The notes beneath the pieces were generated by a model, which was given only the letters and a program-made list of their open reading frames with translations, searched no databases and was not told the origin of the DNA. The position numbers were made by a program, and so were the translations under genes. From a virus (lineage: Duplodnaviria; Caudoviricetes): a stretch of DNA of 64,000 nucleotides. Where the stretch lies: IMG/VR virus record IMGVR_UViG_3300046615_000208, positions 96,001 through 160,000 of that record, one strand, 5' to 3'. This document shows positions 1 through 9,061 of this stretch, piece by piece. Numbering within the stretch: position 1 is the first letter of the stretch; each line of letters starts with the position of its first letter.

Positions 1-1
1 G

Positions 2-256
2 GAGTCGTTGGAGACTCGCGCCACGGATGAGATTTGCGGCGTCTGGTACAACCGTCTGGGAGCCTCTAAGCATGCGGCAGGGGAATTGTGCCAGTGGGAT
101 ATGTTCAGCCGCCCATGGTGCCACGTAGCGCGTTACGCGTCCGAAGAGCTTACGGAGTGGTTCGCTCGCAATGGCCGGATGACGTTTTCCGAGTGGCGCG
201 AAAGTGAGCGCGAATTCATGCGGGAACAGTTTGACATGTACGCACAAAGCGCGTAG
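2..256 (+). CDS. hypothetical protein, 5'-truncated at window edge
   Basis: Frame open from base 2 to TAG at 254-256. Confidence 0.6.
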   Translation, partial: ESLETRATDEICGVWYNRLGASKHAAGELCQWDMFSRPWCHVARYASEELTEWFARNGRMTFSEWRESEREFMREQFDMYAQSA

Positions 257-293
257 TCTTTAGGTATCAGTTCAACCAACTTAGGAGTCGGTC

Positions 294-425
294 ATGGAAA
301 AGGAAGAACCCAGCTACATGATGTTTGCAAGGGCAAACGTGCGGGACGGGTACCAAACGTCACCCCGAGTAGTCCGCGAACTACTCGCCCGAATTGACCG
401 GCTCGAATCTACAAAAGACGCTTAG
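294..425 (+). CDS. small hypothetical protein (43 aa, MEKEEPSY...STKDA)
   Basis: TTAGGAG RBS then ATG 294; below ORF-track cutoff, translated manually. Confidence 0.55.
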   Translation: MEKEEPSYMMFARANVRDGYQTSPRVVRELLARIDRLESTKDA

Positions 426-434
426 GAGAAGATC

Positions 435-617
435 ATGGACACGAAAGAAATGGGCACATCGGACCTTGTACGGGAGTTCGCAGACATCAAGTGCGAAGGT
501 GTACGGCGAGCGTTCAAGGGTGAACGCGTGACCAGCGCCGAACACTCTCGGCTCTGTGATGTTGTCCACGAACTGCGCGTCCGTGGTGTGCTTGACAGAG
601 GCACACCTGCCCTGTAG
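435..617 (+). CDS. hypothetical early protein
   Basis: AGGAG RBS, ORF track. Confidence 0.65.
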   Translation: MDTKEMGTSDLVREFADIKCEGVRRAFKGERVTSAEHSRLCDVVHELRVRGVLDRGTPAL

Positions 618-658
618 GCTCTAGGTAACAACCAAACACAACGGCTTAGGAGGCCACA

Positions 659-1042
659 GTGAACCACGATCTTACCACCGAAGAGGGACGCATCGAGGCG
701 GCGAAGGAAGCAGGCCGTAACATCGCGGCCTACGAAATCCGTAGCGGGTACACGCTACTACGTGACTGGAACAAGGACGACGTACAGAACGCACGCGCAT
801 TCTCTCACCTTGCCGCCGTTGGGTTTACCCGTGCGGGTACGCGGATGTTCTCGCAGACGTTCGTGGACGCCTACAGGGCTGAATTCATCCGCCTGCGGCT
901 GGAACACCTGCGCGGAATTCTGAGGGCTGAGAGCATCAGCTACGGCGAACTGGTGGAGCTTCAGGGACTGGCTGAACACATCCAGCCGGGAGACGTGGAA
1001 CTGTTGGAGGCGGCAGGGGTTCCGGAGTTCCCGGAAGACTAA
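659..1042 (+). CDS. hypothetical early protein
   Basis: AGGAGG RBS, GTG start. Confidence 0.75.
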   Translation: MNHDLTTEEGRIEAAKEAGRNIAAYEIRSGYTLLRDWNKDDVQNARAFSHLAAVGFTRAGTRMFSQTFVDAYRAEFIRLRLEHLRGILRAESISYGELVELQGLAEHIQPGDVELLEAAGVPEFPED

Positions 1043-1132
1043 GCGTTTTTTGTAAGGGAGCCGGTGTTGACAGCATCGGCTCCCTTGCACTAGATTAGGT
1101 ATTACAAACCAACTAGTCCACAGGAGGACATC

Positions 1133-1531
1133 ATGGCAAAGCTCATCAAGCTGGACAACCAGACCATCAACGAACTGTTGGAAAGCCTGAAGCTCGTTGC
1201 GGGACAGAGCGGAGACTGGCGCGGAGTGCTGGACGGCGCAATCGACACCGTGGAGTCGTGGGCTGAGGCCACGGACGTACCGGAGCGCGTGATCTTCCGG
1301 AAGTTCCCCCACAACGGGGAAGTGATCGCCCTGTTCCCCGACCAGTACAACGAGCGGAACGGTAACATCGGGAGCTACATGCACAACGGACAGCACGCGG
1401 AAACGGCTCCCGACTTCGGAGACACCAAGCCTGCGGAGGCGCACGAGTACTACCACCTACAGCAGGAACTCATCCGGCAGGGATACCACAACCTGCGGAT
1501 CGTGAAGCGCTTCGGCAAGCTGGGCAAATAG
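1133..1531 (+). CDS. hypothetical early protein (VIFRKF...VIALFP...SYMH.GQH motif)
   Basis: GGAGGA RBS; own TTGACA/TAGATT promoter at about 1067-1096. Confidence 0.8.
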   Translation: MAKLIKLDNQTINELLESLKLVAGQSGDWRGVLDGAIDTVESWAEATDVPERVIFRKFPHNGEVIALFPDQYNERNGNIGSYMHNGQHAETAPDFGDTKPAEAHEYYHLQQELIRQGYHNLRIVKRFGKLGK

Positions 1532-1587
1532 TTACAAAAAACGCATACAGTCTAGGATTTGTGTCCTAGGCCGTATGCGTGTAGTCT
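1532..1587 (+). promoter_or_regulatory. cassette element: box + palindrome + -35 TTGTGT /17 bp/ -10 TAGTCT
   Basis: ACGCATAC..CTAGGA-TTTGTG-TCCTAG..GTATGCGT inverted repeat. Confidence 0.8.
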
Positions 1588-1624
1588 TTAGGTATCGGTT
1601 CATCAACGGCTTAGGAGGCCCACC

Positions 1625-2095
1625 ATGGTACACATGCTCACCATCAAGGATTTGGAAACCCGTTCGGACGGTACCTACTACACCGGACCACTGGAAGAGG
1701 CTAAGGCTTTCATCCACGACTGGATCGCCTCAACGGAGGCCCGATACAGCGACAAGAACGGGGAGGACAAGTACACCGTCCTGCTGGCCTACAGCGCTCC
1801 GAATGGCGAGATGGTGGAGACTGCCAACTACGACGAGTACGGGACCGGGAGGACCATGGAAGAGGCGTGGCGGTATGCTCTGGGCGCAGAGTTCGGTCCT
1901 GCCGACGACGAGTTCAACGCGTTCCCGCTGACACACGACAAGCGTGAAGCTGTCGCGGCCATGGTGGAACACCACTTCCCGGAACGTCTGGACACATTCT
2001 ACTCGGAGAGTACGGGACTGGCCGCAGTCGAGGACACGGATGGGAACATGTGGCGCGTATGGCCGGATGGGGACATTGAGGTCTACCGGCGCTAG
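1625..2095 (+). CDS. hypothetical early protein
   Basis: AGGAGG RBS; TAG adjacent to next box. Confidence 0.8.
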   Translation: MVHMLTIKDLETRSDGTYYTGPLEEAKAFIHDWIASTEARYSDKNGEDKYTVLLAYSAPNGEMVETANYDEYGTGRTMEEAWRYALGAEFGPADDEFNAFPLTHDKREAVAAMVEHHFPERLDTFYSESTGLAAVEDTDGNMWRVWPDGDIEVYRR

Positions 2096-2096
2096 G

Positions 2097-2152
2097 TTAC
2101 AAAAAACGCATATCGGGTGGGATTTGCATCCTGCCCGATATGCGTGTAATCT
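2097..2152 (+). promoter_or_regulatory. cassette element: -35 TTGCAT /17/ -10 TAATCT within hairpin
   Basis: ACGCATATCGGG..GGAT-TTGC-ATCC..CCCGATATGCGT. Confidence 0.85.
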
Positions 2153-2189
2153 TTAGGTACAAGGTAAGAACAACGGCTAGGAGGCCACC

Positions 2190-2435
2190 ATGAACAAGGC
2201 AAAAGCACTCAAGGTTCTGGCAGAGGTTGAAGAGCAGTTCAAGCTCTACATCGAAGCAGGGTACCCGCAACCGAACCTGCGGGACGCGGACCATGAGGAA
2301 CTGCCCAAGGGTTCATGGTCCATCGATTGGGAGGACGGTCCCGACGAATGGTGCTACGCAATGCCTGCGTCGAAGATTCCCGGTGTGTTCGTGGAACCGA
2401 TCATGTCGTTCATTCTCGGAGTCTACGACGACTAA
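2190..2435 (+). CDS. hypothetical early protein
   Basis: AGGAGG RBS. Confidence 0.8.
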   Translation: MNKAKALKVLAEVEEQFKLYIEAGYPQPNLRDADHEELPKGSWSIDWEDGPDEWCYAMPASKIPGVFVEPIMSFILGVYDD

Positions 2436-2494
2436 GACACCCTGAGAGGCCCTAGGAACCGCCTAGGGTCTCTCACTACCTGAGAGGCTACACA

Positions 2495-2710
2495 ATGTCC
2501 GCAAAGACGCTTACAAAGGCCGTAGCGATACGGGAAGGCTTGGCAGACTTCCAAGAGCAGGAACGGGAGGCGTGGCGGGCCTATGAAGAGGCTAACGCGT
2601 GCCACTGTTGCTGTTGTACCGGAGAGTGCTCCTACGCGTTCCAAGAGTCCACACCGGAGGAACAGGAAGCGTGGATGCGGAACTACTGGGACTGGTGGGA
2701 GAACCGATAG
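2495..2710 (+). CDS. small Cys-rich hypothetical protein
   Basis: CHCCCCTGEC motif; TAG abuts box. Confidence 0.65.
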   Translation: MSAKTLTKAVAIREGLADFQEQEREAWRAYEEANACHCCCCTGECSYAFQESTPEEQEAWMRNYWDWWENR

Positions 2711-2813
2711 TTACAAAAACCGCTTAGGCCGGTGGACTTGTGTCCATCGGCCATAGCGGGTAGAATCGTAGTATCGGGAACAAAGGGTTCCCCTGAAACC
2801 TTAGGAGGCTACA

Positions 2814-3047
2814 ATGGCAACACCACAGCATGCGGTCAAGGTAACACCGGCAGTAGTGGCACAGCGTTTTGCAATGGTGGAAAACGCGCCCACGGCTCCC
2901 ACAATCAACGGAAACCCTGCCAAGGTGTCCGGGTTCGCAAACCGGTTCGCGACGGTCACAGACAGCTTCACAGGCCTCTCTGCCGAGTGGTCTTGGGAGT
3001 CCGTCGAGCATGTAGTGAACAACCGGTTCGCGGCGTTCAAGGCATGA
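2814..3047 (+). CDS. hypothetical early protein
   Basis: AGGAGG RBS; promoter TTGTGT/17/TAGAAT at 2738-2766. Confidence 0.8.
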   Translation: MATPQHAVKVTPAVVAQRFAMVENAPTAPTINGNPAKVSGFANRFATVTDSFTGLSAEWSWESVEHVVNNRFAAFKA

Positions 3048-3181
3048 TCACGGTCACGGTCACATTCAAGGATGGGTCAGTAGACAACTGGTCTACCACC
3101 TTGGATTACGCGGTACATCTCACCGGCCAGTTGCTCATCGATCCGGACATTGTGGACGTGAGGCTATCGCGTCACGGATAG
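3044..3181 (+). CDS. small hypothetical protein (45 aa)
   Basis: ATGA overlap with upstream gene; TAG abuts box. Confidence 0.6.
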   Translation: MITVTVTFKDGSVDNWSTTLDYAVHLTGQLLIDPDIVDVRLSRHG

Positions 3182-3271
3182 TTACAAGAAACGCATAGCG
3201 GCTAGGACTTGCACCTAGCGGCTTTTGCGTGTAACCTTGAGGTATCAAGTCAAGCACTCAAGGGAGACACA

Positions 3272-3442
3272 ATGAACTTCGAAGCCGGAACCAAAGTCGA
3301 AATCCTCGAACGCGGCGCATGGGTAGGCCCGTTTGTCGTAACGCCTCATACGGCACGTACCGCCGATCATCTGGTACTCACCGGACCTAGCGGACTCTTC
3401 GAAGTCTACAACGACGCACCGTTCAACATCCGTAAGGCTTAG
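3272..3442 (+). CDS. hypothetical early protein
   Basis: Start moved to ATG after AGGGAG RBS; promoter TTGCAC/17/TAACCT. Confidence 0.7.
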   Translation: MNFEAGTKVEILERGAWVGPFVVTPHTARTADHLVLTGPSGLFEVYNDAPFNIRKA

Positions 3443-3539
3443 TTACAAAAACCGCTTAGGCCCTAGGACTTGCACCTAGGGCCTTAGGCGTGTAATGTTG
3501 TTCTTAGAGGGAGAGAGGGACTCTTCCGGATAGGGCACC

Positions 3540-3725
3540 ATGGAACTCTACAAGATCACCACAGCGGTCAAGGTCACTGAAAACCTCACGTGGGACCGCG
3601 TGTGTGACATTCTGGCAGTCTCCGACGATGGAGACGCGTGGGGCGCTCACGAGTGGCTCGAAGAGCGTGGAGAGTACCCGTTCCTGTCCGCCTACGGCGA
3701 CCAGATGATCCTGACTCGCATGTAG
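3540..3725 (+). CDS. hypothetical early protein
   Basis: Own promoter TTGCAC/17/TAATGT. Confidence 0.7.
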   Translation: MELYKITTAVKVTENLTWDRVCDILAVSDDGDAWGAHEWLEERGEYPFLSAYGDQMILTRM

Positions 3726-3827
3726 GTTACAAAAACCGCTTAGGGAGTCGGACTTGCATCCGGCTCCCCTAGCGGGTAAGCTTTAGGTAATGGAGCAACC
3801 GGCTCCCGGAAGTCCTAGGAGGACACA

Positions 3828-4091
3828 ATGGGTTACATGGAAGAATCAGACCGCCTCGAAGAAGCAGCGAACAAGAACCCGCTCAAAGAAGGCGTAGTCG
3901 GAAGCAAGCTCGTTGCGTACTTCGAGAACCTTGACGGACGCGTAGCGGTCGATGCCGAGTCCATCGAACACGTGGGCGTGGCCCAGCACGACTACAAGAT
4001 CACCTTCGAGGGTGGACTCGTTCAGGCCTACCGCGTGACGTTCGCGGACGGCATGAGCTCCGAGATTCTGGACGCAACGCCGCTCAACTAG
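3828..4091 (+). CDS. hypothetical early protein
   Basis: AGGAGG RBS; promoter TTGCAT/17/TAAGCT. Confidence 0.8.
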   Translation: MGYMEESDRLEEAANKNPLKEGVVGSKLVAYFENLDGRVAVDAESIEHVGVAQHDYKITFEGGLVQAYRVTFADGMSSEILDATPLN

Positions 4092-4186
4092 TTACAAAAA
4101 CCGCTTAGGGTCCGGACTAGACATTCGGACCCTAAGCCGGTAGACTCATCACAACGGAACAATCCGGAAACCAAAAGGAGCAAGTC

Positions 4187-4474
4187 ATGAAGTCGGTAAT
4201 CACCAAGCTGGAAGTCTCGGAGCGTCTGCTGGGCGTGGATCGCTACGAACTGGAAGTCAAGGGCCAAAAGGCCCACAACACCATCGTGGAACTCCACACG
4301 GACATCAACACCGGAGACCGCCACGTCTTCGTCCAGACGCCGGTAAACGGCGGCCTGACGCCGTCCACGGCTGATGCAGTCGCTCGACGCCTCATCGACG
4401 GTGCACGGAAGTACGCGGGAAACCACGTGACACCCGCCAGCGTGGTACGGGTTGGACGCTACGCGGCCAGCTAG
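4187..4474 (+). CDS. hypothetical early protein
   Basis: AAGGAG RBS; promoter TAGACA/17/TAGACT. Confidence 0.8.
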   Translation: MKSVITKLEVSERLLGVDRYELEVKGQKAHNTIVELHTDINTGDRHVFVQTPVNGGLTPSTADAVARRLIDGARKYAGNHVTPASVVRVGRYAAS

Positions 4475-4568
4475 TTACAAAACACGCGTAGAGCCTCGGA
4501 CTTGTGTCTGAGGCTCTTTGCGTGTAAGCTCTAAGTATCGGAACAATCCGAAGACGAAAGGCAAGACA

Positions 4569-4826
4569 ATGAACATCAAGCTCATTCACAACATCGTGGA
4601 CATGACCCAGATGCACGGATTCGGCAACGATTTCTCGCTGGTCTACGGCTTCGATAACGGCACCAAGATGGCCGTATCGCGTAACCCCATGACAGGTGGA
4701 CACAAGGCCGGTTTCATGGCCGTCCTGCCCTACGACAAGGCCGGTAACCAGATTGACGAGCGTGCCGAGTCGTGGCTCACCCCGCAGGAAGTCGCGGAGA
4801 AGATGGAAATCCTCGCCAGCGAGTAG
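4569..4826 (+). CDS. hypothetical early protein
   Basis: GAAAGG RBS; promoter TTGTGT/17/TAAGCT. Confidence 0.75.
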   Translation: MNIKLIHNIVDMTQMHGFGNDFSLVYGFDNGTKMAVSRNPMTGGHKAGFMAVLPYDKAGNQIDERAESWLTPQEVAEKMEILASE

Positions 4827-4909
4827 TTACAAGAAACGCGTAGGGCCTAAGTTGACTTCGGTCAGCTTAGGCCTTATGCTTGTAGTACACACCAACGAAA
4901 GAGGAAACC

Positions 4910-5116
4910 ATGGCTCGCTACTCCACTCCAGCAACTCGCGCCTACGCTCGTGACAAGGCCGAAATCATCGGCGCGGCTGAGCGCGTGATCTACGGCGAAA
5001 TCCTCGACTTTGTCCTGCGGGTAGGCAGGCACAAGGCTACGCCGTTCCTCGCCGTACTGGGCGGGTTCGCGTACATCATCTTTGGTCACGGGCTTGTGAA
5101 CTCCATAAACCTGTGA
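4910..5116 (+). CDS. small membrane protein
   Basis: C-terminal hydrophobic segment; promoter TTGACT/17/TATGCT. Confidence 0.7.
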   Translation: MARYSTPATRAYARDKAEIIGAAERVIYGEILDFVLRVGRHKATPFLAVLGGFAYIIFGHGLVNSINL

Positions 5117-5384
5117 TACAATAAACTCACAGACATACACTGAAGCCTCCGGAGATGACCACCAAATCTCTCCGGAGGCTTCGCCAATTGTGGGATAGTT
5201 GGCTTACAAAAAACGCGTAGCGGATAGGTTTGCATTCCGGCGCAAAGGTGGTAAGCTTAGAACATGGAAGGGGAGGTTAGGAGCCTCCACCCGCCAGACT
5301 AAGAATCTGGGGGTTCGGGAAGTGATCGCCCACCGATCACCGGCAGGCCAGTCCGCAACTGGCCGTATAACTCAACAGTGAAAG

Positions 5385-5603
5385 GTGGACACCATGGTAG
5401 AAGTTCCCATGGAAGAGGCTGACGTTCTGGAACAGGTCAAGGCCAAGACGGGAGCGGTAGACGCGAAGGTGTCTGGGAGGCCCACAAACTGGGTCTGGTC
5501 GGTCCTGCTGGCATTCCCGGATGGTCCGGACGCCTACACGTTCCAGACGCGTCTGGTGGACGTAGAAGGCCCTGAGATTCGGTTCGTCGGCTTCGACTTC
5601 TAG
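5385..5603 (+). CDS. hypothetical early protein behind a structured leader
   Basis: GAAAGG RBS; TAG abuts box. Confidence 0.7.
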   Translation: MDTMVEVPMEEADVLEQVKAKTGAVDAKVSGRPTNWVWSVLLAFPDGPDAYTFQTRLVDVEGPEIRFVGFDF

Positions 5604-5712
5604 TTACAAAAAGCGCATAGCCTGTCTTCGGACAGGCTATTTGCATTTGGGCGCAAAGGTGGTAAGCTTATTCCATAAGCAGTTCACAACTCCACAGAGA
5701 AAAGAGAGACCA

Positions 5713-5919
5713 GTGAAGGTTTTCTTCGAAGCACTTGTCGATGGACAGTACGTCAACCAGAAGCGCCTCGCGGATATCCCGGATGAGAAAGCTTACGCTA
5801 GGGCGGCTAAGGCCTACCCGAACGATCCGGACTACGTGGAGGAAATGCTCGACGGACGCGGCTACATCACCATCAAGGGCCACAACTGCCGGTTCACTTA
5901 CCAGCAGGACAGCCTCTAG
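5713..5919 (+). CDS. hypothetical early protein
   Basis: GTG start after purine-rich RBS; TAG abuts box. Confidence 0.7.
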   Translation: MKVFFEALVDGQYVNQKRLADIPDEKAYARAAKAYPNDPDYVEEMLDGRGYITIKGHNCRFTYQQDSL

Positions 5920-6022
5920 TTACAAATAGCGCATAGGGCCTCTACGGAGGCCCTATTTGCATTTGGGCGCAAAGGTGGTATCGTTGAGTTATCGGCAAGG
6001 GTTGCCGGTGAGAGAGGGAACC

Positions 6023-6337
6023 ATGGACAAGTACACGACTGAAGCTCTGGAAGCTGCGAAGAACAGCACTAGCTCGATGAGCGCGGGGGATCGCAACGCC
6101 GCTCCCTACCTGCTCAAGCTGGACACTGTGGAGCAGCGTAAGCGTGCTGTAGGGGACGCGCACACTCGGATGAACCTCATGGGGTTCCGCTACTCCGAAG
6201 CTGTCTACCACTCCGTTAGTGACCTGCTGAAGAACATTGCCGCAGGGGAAGAGGACAAGCCACTCTATGGCGAAGCCACTGCGAAGAAGTACCGGGACGC
6301 GGAAAACGAACGCCGGAAGCTGGAACGCGGCTACTGA
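6023..6337 (+). CDS. hypothetical early protein
   Basis: GAGGG RBS, ATG 6023. Confidence 0.75.
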   Translation: MDKYTTEALEAAKNSTSSMSAGDRNAAPYLLKLDTVEQRKRAVGDAHTRMNLMGFRYSEAVYHSVSDLLKNIAAGEEDKPLYGEATAKKYRDAENERRKLERGY

Positions 6338-6351
6338 TACAAAAAGCGCTT

Positions 6352-6387
6352 AGGCTCTCATCCTCCGGGGTGGGAGCCTTTTGCTTT
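6352..6387 (+). terminator. intrinsic terminator closing the rightward arm
   Basis: AGGCTCTCATCC-TCCG-GGGTGGGAGCCT followed by TTTGCTTT. Confidence 0.75.
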
Positions 6388-6607
6388 GCCTGCGGGTGGC
6401 CCTCTGTGACGTTCTGGGAGCCTCTGAGGCTCGGGGTGGCACTCTCACCCACGCGGGCGATTCTAGGGCCTTAGACGGGCACGTAAGGCCTGCGGTAGGT
6501 CTACACGTGCTGTGCGACTCTGGGCGGCTGTTTAAGGGCCTAACTGGGCGCAGACGTACAAAGACCCCCAACCTTTCGGTTGAGGGCCTCTGTGGGGCTG
6601 TGAGGGC

Positions 6608-6838
6608 CTAGAACGGCGGTTCAAACTCTGGGAGGTAAGTCCGGAGTTCCGGAGCGGGAAGTTCGGGGACTACGTGACCGTAAGGGCAAGCGTTGTCGTA
6701 GTCGAGGTAGTCGTGCTCTTCGCAGTAGTAGGCCTGTTCATCCGCGAAGTGATCGACGTTGTCCGCCGCCATTGCTTCGCGCCACGCGGAGTCATCCCGG
6801 TTGTAGTCCTGCTCTTCCTGCCACTGTACCTGAGACAT
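6608..6838 (-). CDS. acidic hypothetical protein
   Basis: GAGG RBS, ATG 6838; C-x2-H..C-x3-H motif. Confidence 0.7.
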   Translation of the reverse strand: MSQVQWQEEQDYNRDDSAWREAMAADNVDHFADEQAYYCEEHDYLDYDNACPYGHVVPELPAPELRTYLPEFEPPF

Positions 6839-6935
6839 TTTTTCCTCTCGTGGCCGGTGTTTCCGGCTCATGTACTGAGCTTAGCACGGCAAACAGAAAA
6901 CGCGCAACCCCGAAGGGTTACGCGTTTTTTGTAGG

Positions 6936-7169
6936 CTACAGATCGTTCCGGTGTTCGTAATCCGAAACCAGCTTAGCCTCGATAGCTTCGTCAAGCTCTT
7001 CCCGTGTCACGAACGGCTTGTTAGGGTGTTCGTGTGACTCCATGGCCTCGCACTTTTCGCAAGTCTCGTACAGGTCCGGGAGGTAGATTGCGGCAACCCA
7101 AGATTCTTCACCGGTAGCCTTCGTCCACTCGGCAGCGGCTTCGTTGAACGGGATGAGTGATGCGGACAT
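6936..7169 (-). CDS. hypothetical early protein
   Basis: AAGGAG RBS; CxxC. Confidence 0.75.
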   Translation of the reverse strand: MSASLIPFNEAAAEWTKATGEESWVAAIYLPDLYETCEKCEAMESHEHPNKPFVTREELDEAIEAKLVSDYEHRNDL

Positions 7170-7261
7170 TGGTTTCTCCTTGGTTGTTTTTGACCTTGTA
7201 CCTAAAGCATAGCACGGTTTGGTGGAGCGTGTCTAGTCGGGAGGCTGTGCGTTTTTTGTAA

Positions 7262-7312
7262 GTCCCATTTTTATTTTATGGGTCCTCCGGTTTCCCTGCT
7301 GGTGGGCTTCAT
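7262..7312 (-). ncRNA. candidate small RNA copy A (AUGAAGC...GGAGGACCC family)
   Basis: Promoter TTGACA(7347-7342)/17/TAGACT(7324-7319); no substantial ORF; similar to 9629 and 10258 copies. Confidence 0.5.
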
Positions 7313-7362
7313 GGTTCAAGTCTAAGGCCTGTCGGCCTGAGTGTCAAGCCTACGGCAGACAC

Positions 7363-7392
7363 AAAAGAGGGGAGCCTTTCGGCTCCCCTCTT
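7363..7392 (-). terminator. intrinsic terminator (identical 20-mer at 9753-9772)
   Basis: GGGGAGCCTTTCGGCTCCCC hairpin with U-tract on - strand. Confidence 0.8.
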
Positions 7393-7404
7393 ATGCGTTT
7401 TTTG

Positions 7405-7662
7405 TTACCATGCGAAGTAGCTTGAGGTCCGCCAGCTACGGAGGATGGTGTAATCGGTAAGGCGTTCGGCCTGTTCCCACGTGGTGGGCTGTACAAGGCC
7501 CGTAGCGGGGTTCAGAATGGCTGGCTTGACCGCGTGTACGCCGATGAGGATTGCAGGCTCTCCTTCGAGCGTGAAGCGCTTTGCGGCGATTGCCTCGCGG
7601 CGTTCCATGCTCACGATGGTGAGCGGCTGAGTGGCGAGGATTCGAGCGACTGTGCGGAACAT
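7405..7662 (-). CDS. hypothetical early protein
   Basis: AGGGAG RBS, ATG 7662. Confidence 0.7.
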   Translation of the reverse strand: MFRTVARILATQPLTIVSMERREAIAAKRFTLEGEPAILIGVHAVKPAILNPATGLVQPTTWEQAERLTDYTILRSWRTSSYFAW

Positions 7663-7752
7663 TTTGACTCCCTGACTGGTGGCTTGCTGTTGGTACAAGC
7701 TTAGCATAGGTCCGGTGCTGTTGCCAACACCGAACCTATGCGTTTTTTGTAG

Positions 7753-7998
7753 CTAGTCGATGTCCACCGCGACACGTGCCAGCGATCCGGTACCGAAGTA
7801 GTCCACATTCAGCAGGTACTCCGCGCCATTCCAGCGAGCGCGTGCGCCGCTCCTGTAGCCGTTGTCGAGCATGTGATCAGCGATGGCCTCGCTGGATGCG
7901 TTCTCGATGGCGTAGGCCTTGCCACGGACGACGTAGCGGCTTCCGGCCACTCCGCGAACTGTGCGCTGGGTCTGGTTCTTCTTGATGGTCTTTCCCAT
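7753..7998 (-). CDS. hypothetical early protein
   Basis: AAGGAG RBS. Confidence 0.75.
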   Translation of the reverse strand: MGKTIKKNQTQRTVRGVAGSRYVVRGKAYAIENASSEAIADHMLDNGYRSGARARWNGAEYLLNVDYFGTGSLARVAVDID

Positions 7999-8094
7999 TG
8001 TCTTTGTGCTCCTTGTGAAGTGTGTTGTTGAGTTGCCCTAGTTGGCATTCCCGCTTAGGTGATACTTGAGTGTACCACCTAAGCGAGCAAACCG

Positions 8095-8343
8095 CTAGGG
8101 GAGTTCCAGTAGCCAAGTGTCTGAGTAGACATTCTTTCGGATGATAACGGTATCATCCTTTGCCAGTTCTTCCAGCTTCCGGGAGTAGTTCCGGATGTTT
8201 TCCGGAGTCTCCGCTATGTCGTGGTAGGAGAGGACATTCTCTACCGTCTTCCGGATGAGCGTTGCGCGATCCTGTGAGTGGGAATCGTAGAATCCATCGT
8301 GCCATTCTTCGATGTACTGGAGGATGTTTGCTTCGCGTGACAT
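8095..8343 (-). CDS. hypothetical early protein
   Basis: AAGGAG RBS; promoter TTGCAT/17/TAGACT. Confidence 0.75.
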   Translation of the reverse strand: MSREANILQYIEEWHDGFYDSHSQDRATLIRKTVENVLSYHDIAETPENIRNYSRKLEELAKDDTVIIRKNVYSDTWLLELP

Positions 8344-8433
8344 GTCCTGCTCCTTTGTTCTCGGCTTGTTCCGATAACTAGAGTCTACGCTAGTCCGGAG
8401 AGTTATGCAACCCTCCGGACTAAGCGTTTTTTG

Positions 8434-8625
8434 TTAGTCTTCGAGGTCTTCGATCTCTTCCGCCTCTGCGGGCTGGAATCCGTGCTGGTCTTCGAGTTCT
8501 TCGAGGGTGGTGTAGAAGAATCCACCGATCCCATCCGGAGTGATGAAGTACATGTCATCCTTGCGGATGTAGTAGGCCGTGTCCACGGCGAGTTCGGAAC
8601 GCGGGGTGATGGTTGCCTGTGCCAT
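8434..8625 (-). CDS. acidic hypothetical protein
   Basis: AAAGGA RBS; promoter TTGCAA/17/TAAGCT. Confidence 0.75.
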   Translation of the reverse strand: MAQATITPRSELAVDTAYYIRKDDMYFITPDGIGGFFYTTLEELEDQHGFQPAEAEEIEDLED

Positions 8626-8713
8626 TGTTTTTTCCTTTGTTTGAGTGGCTATGTATCTAGCTTAGCCTAGGTGAGGGAGTCTTGCAACTCCCCCACCTAA
8701 GCGTTTTTTGTAA

Positions 8714-8968
8714 CTACGCTTTACCGTAGTGGCCACCATCCGGCAGGCCAGCTGTGCAGGGGTAGAAGTGGATCGGCCACGCGGCATCTTCGCCACCCTC
8801 AGCGAGGAAATCCGAGTTGTAGTCGAGCCACAGATCACGCTTGGAGTCGAACTCGTCGTTAAACCAGTCGTGGCCTTTGGTGGCCTTTGCAACGTCTGCA
8901 CAGTCTGCGCGGTGGACGCTGACGTCGTAGTCGTTGTTCCCGTTGCCGTTAATGGTTACCAGCTTCAT
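8714..8968 (-). CDS. hypothetical early protein (H-x3-C...C motif)
   Basis: AAGGAG RBS; promoter TTGTAT/17/TACGCT. Confidence 0.8.
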   Translation of the reverse strand: MKLVTINGNGNNDYDVSVHRADCADVAKATKGHDWFNDEFDSKRDLWLDYNSDFLAEGGEDAAWPIHFYPCTAGLPDGGHYGKA

Positions 8969-9061
8969 GATGACTCCTTAGGTCTCGGCTTGTTCCGATA
9001 TGACTAGCGTACACGCAAAAGGTCCGAGATACAAATCTCGGACCCTATGCGTTTTTTGTAG

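Noticed and set aside
409-421. Box copy as a functional cassette boundary
   Set aside because: It is degenerate, lies inside ORF 294-425, and no hairpin promoter follows.
1531-1546. Box as a GlnR/MtrA-type GTNAC-n6-GTNAC site
   Set aside because: Only one GTTAC half-site is present; the second half is not conserved.
6390-6607. Possible origin or ncRNA at the convergence point of the two arms
   Set aside because: Only loose AGGGCC/CTGTG recurrences and terminator-like hairpins; not enough structure to support a call.
7280-7312. Hammerhead ribozyme (UGAAG...GAAAC resemblance)
   Set aside because: The CUGANGA core is not intact, stems I and III are not evident, and copy B lacks GAAAC.
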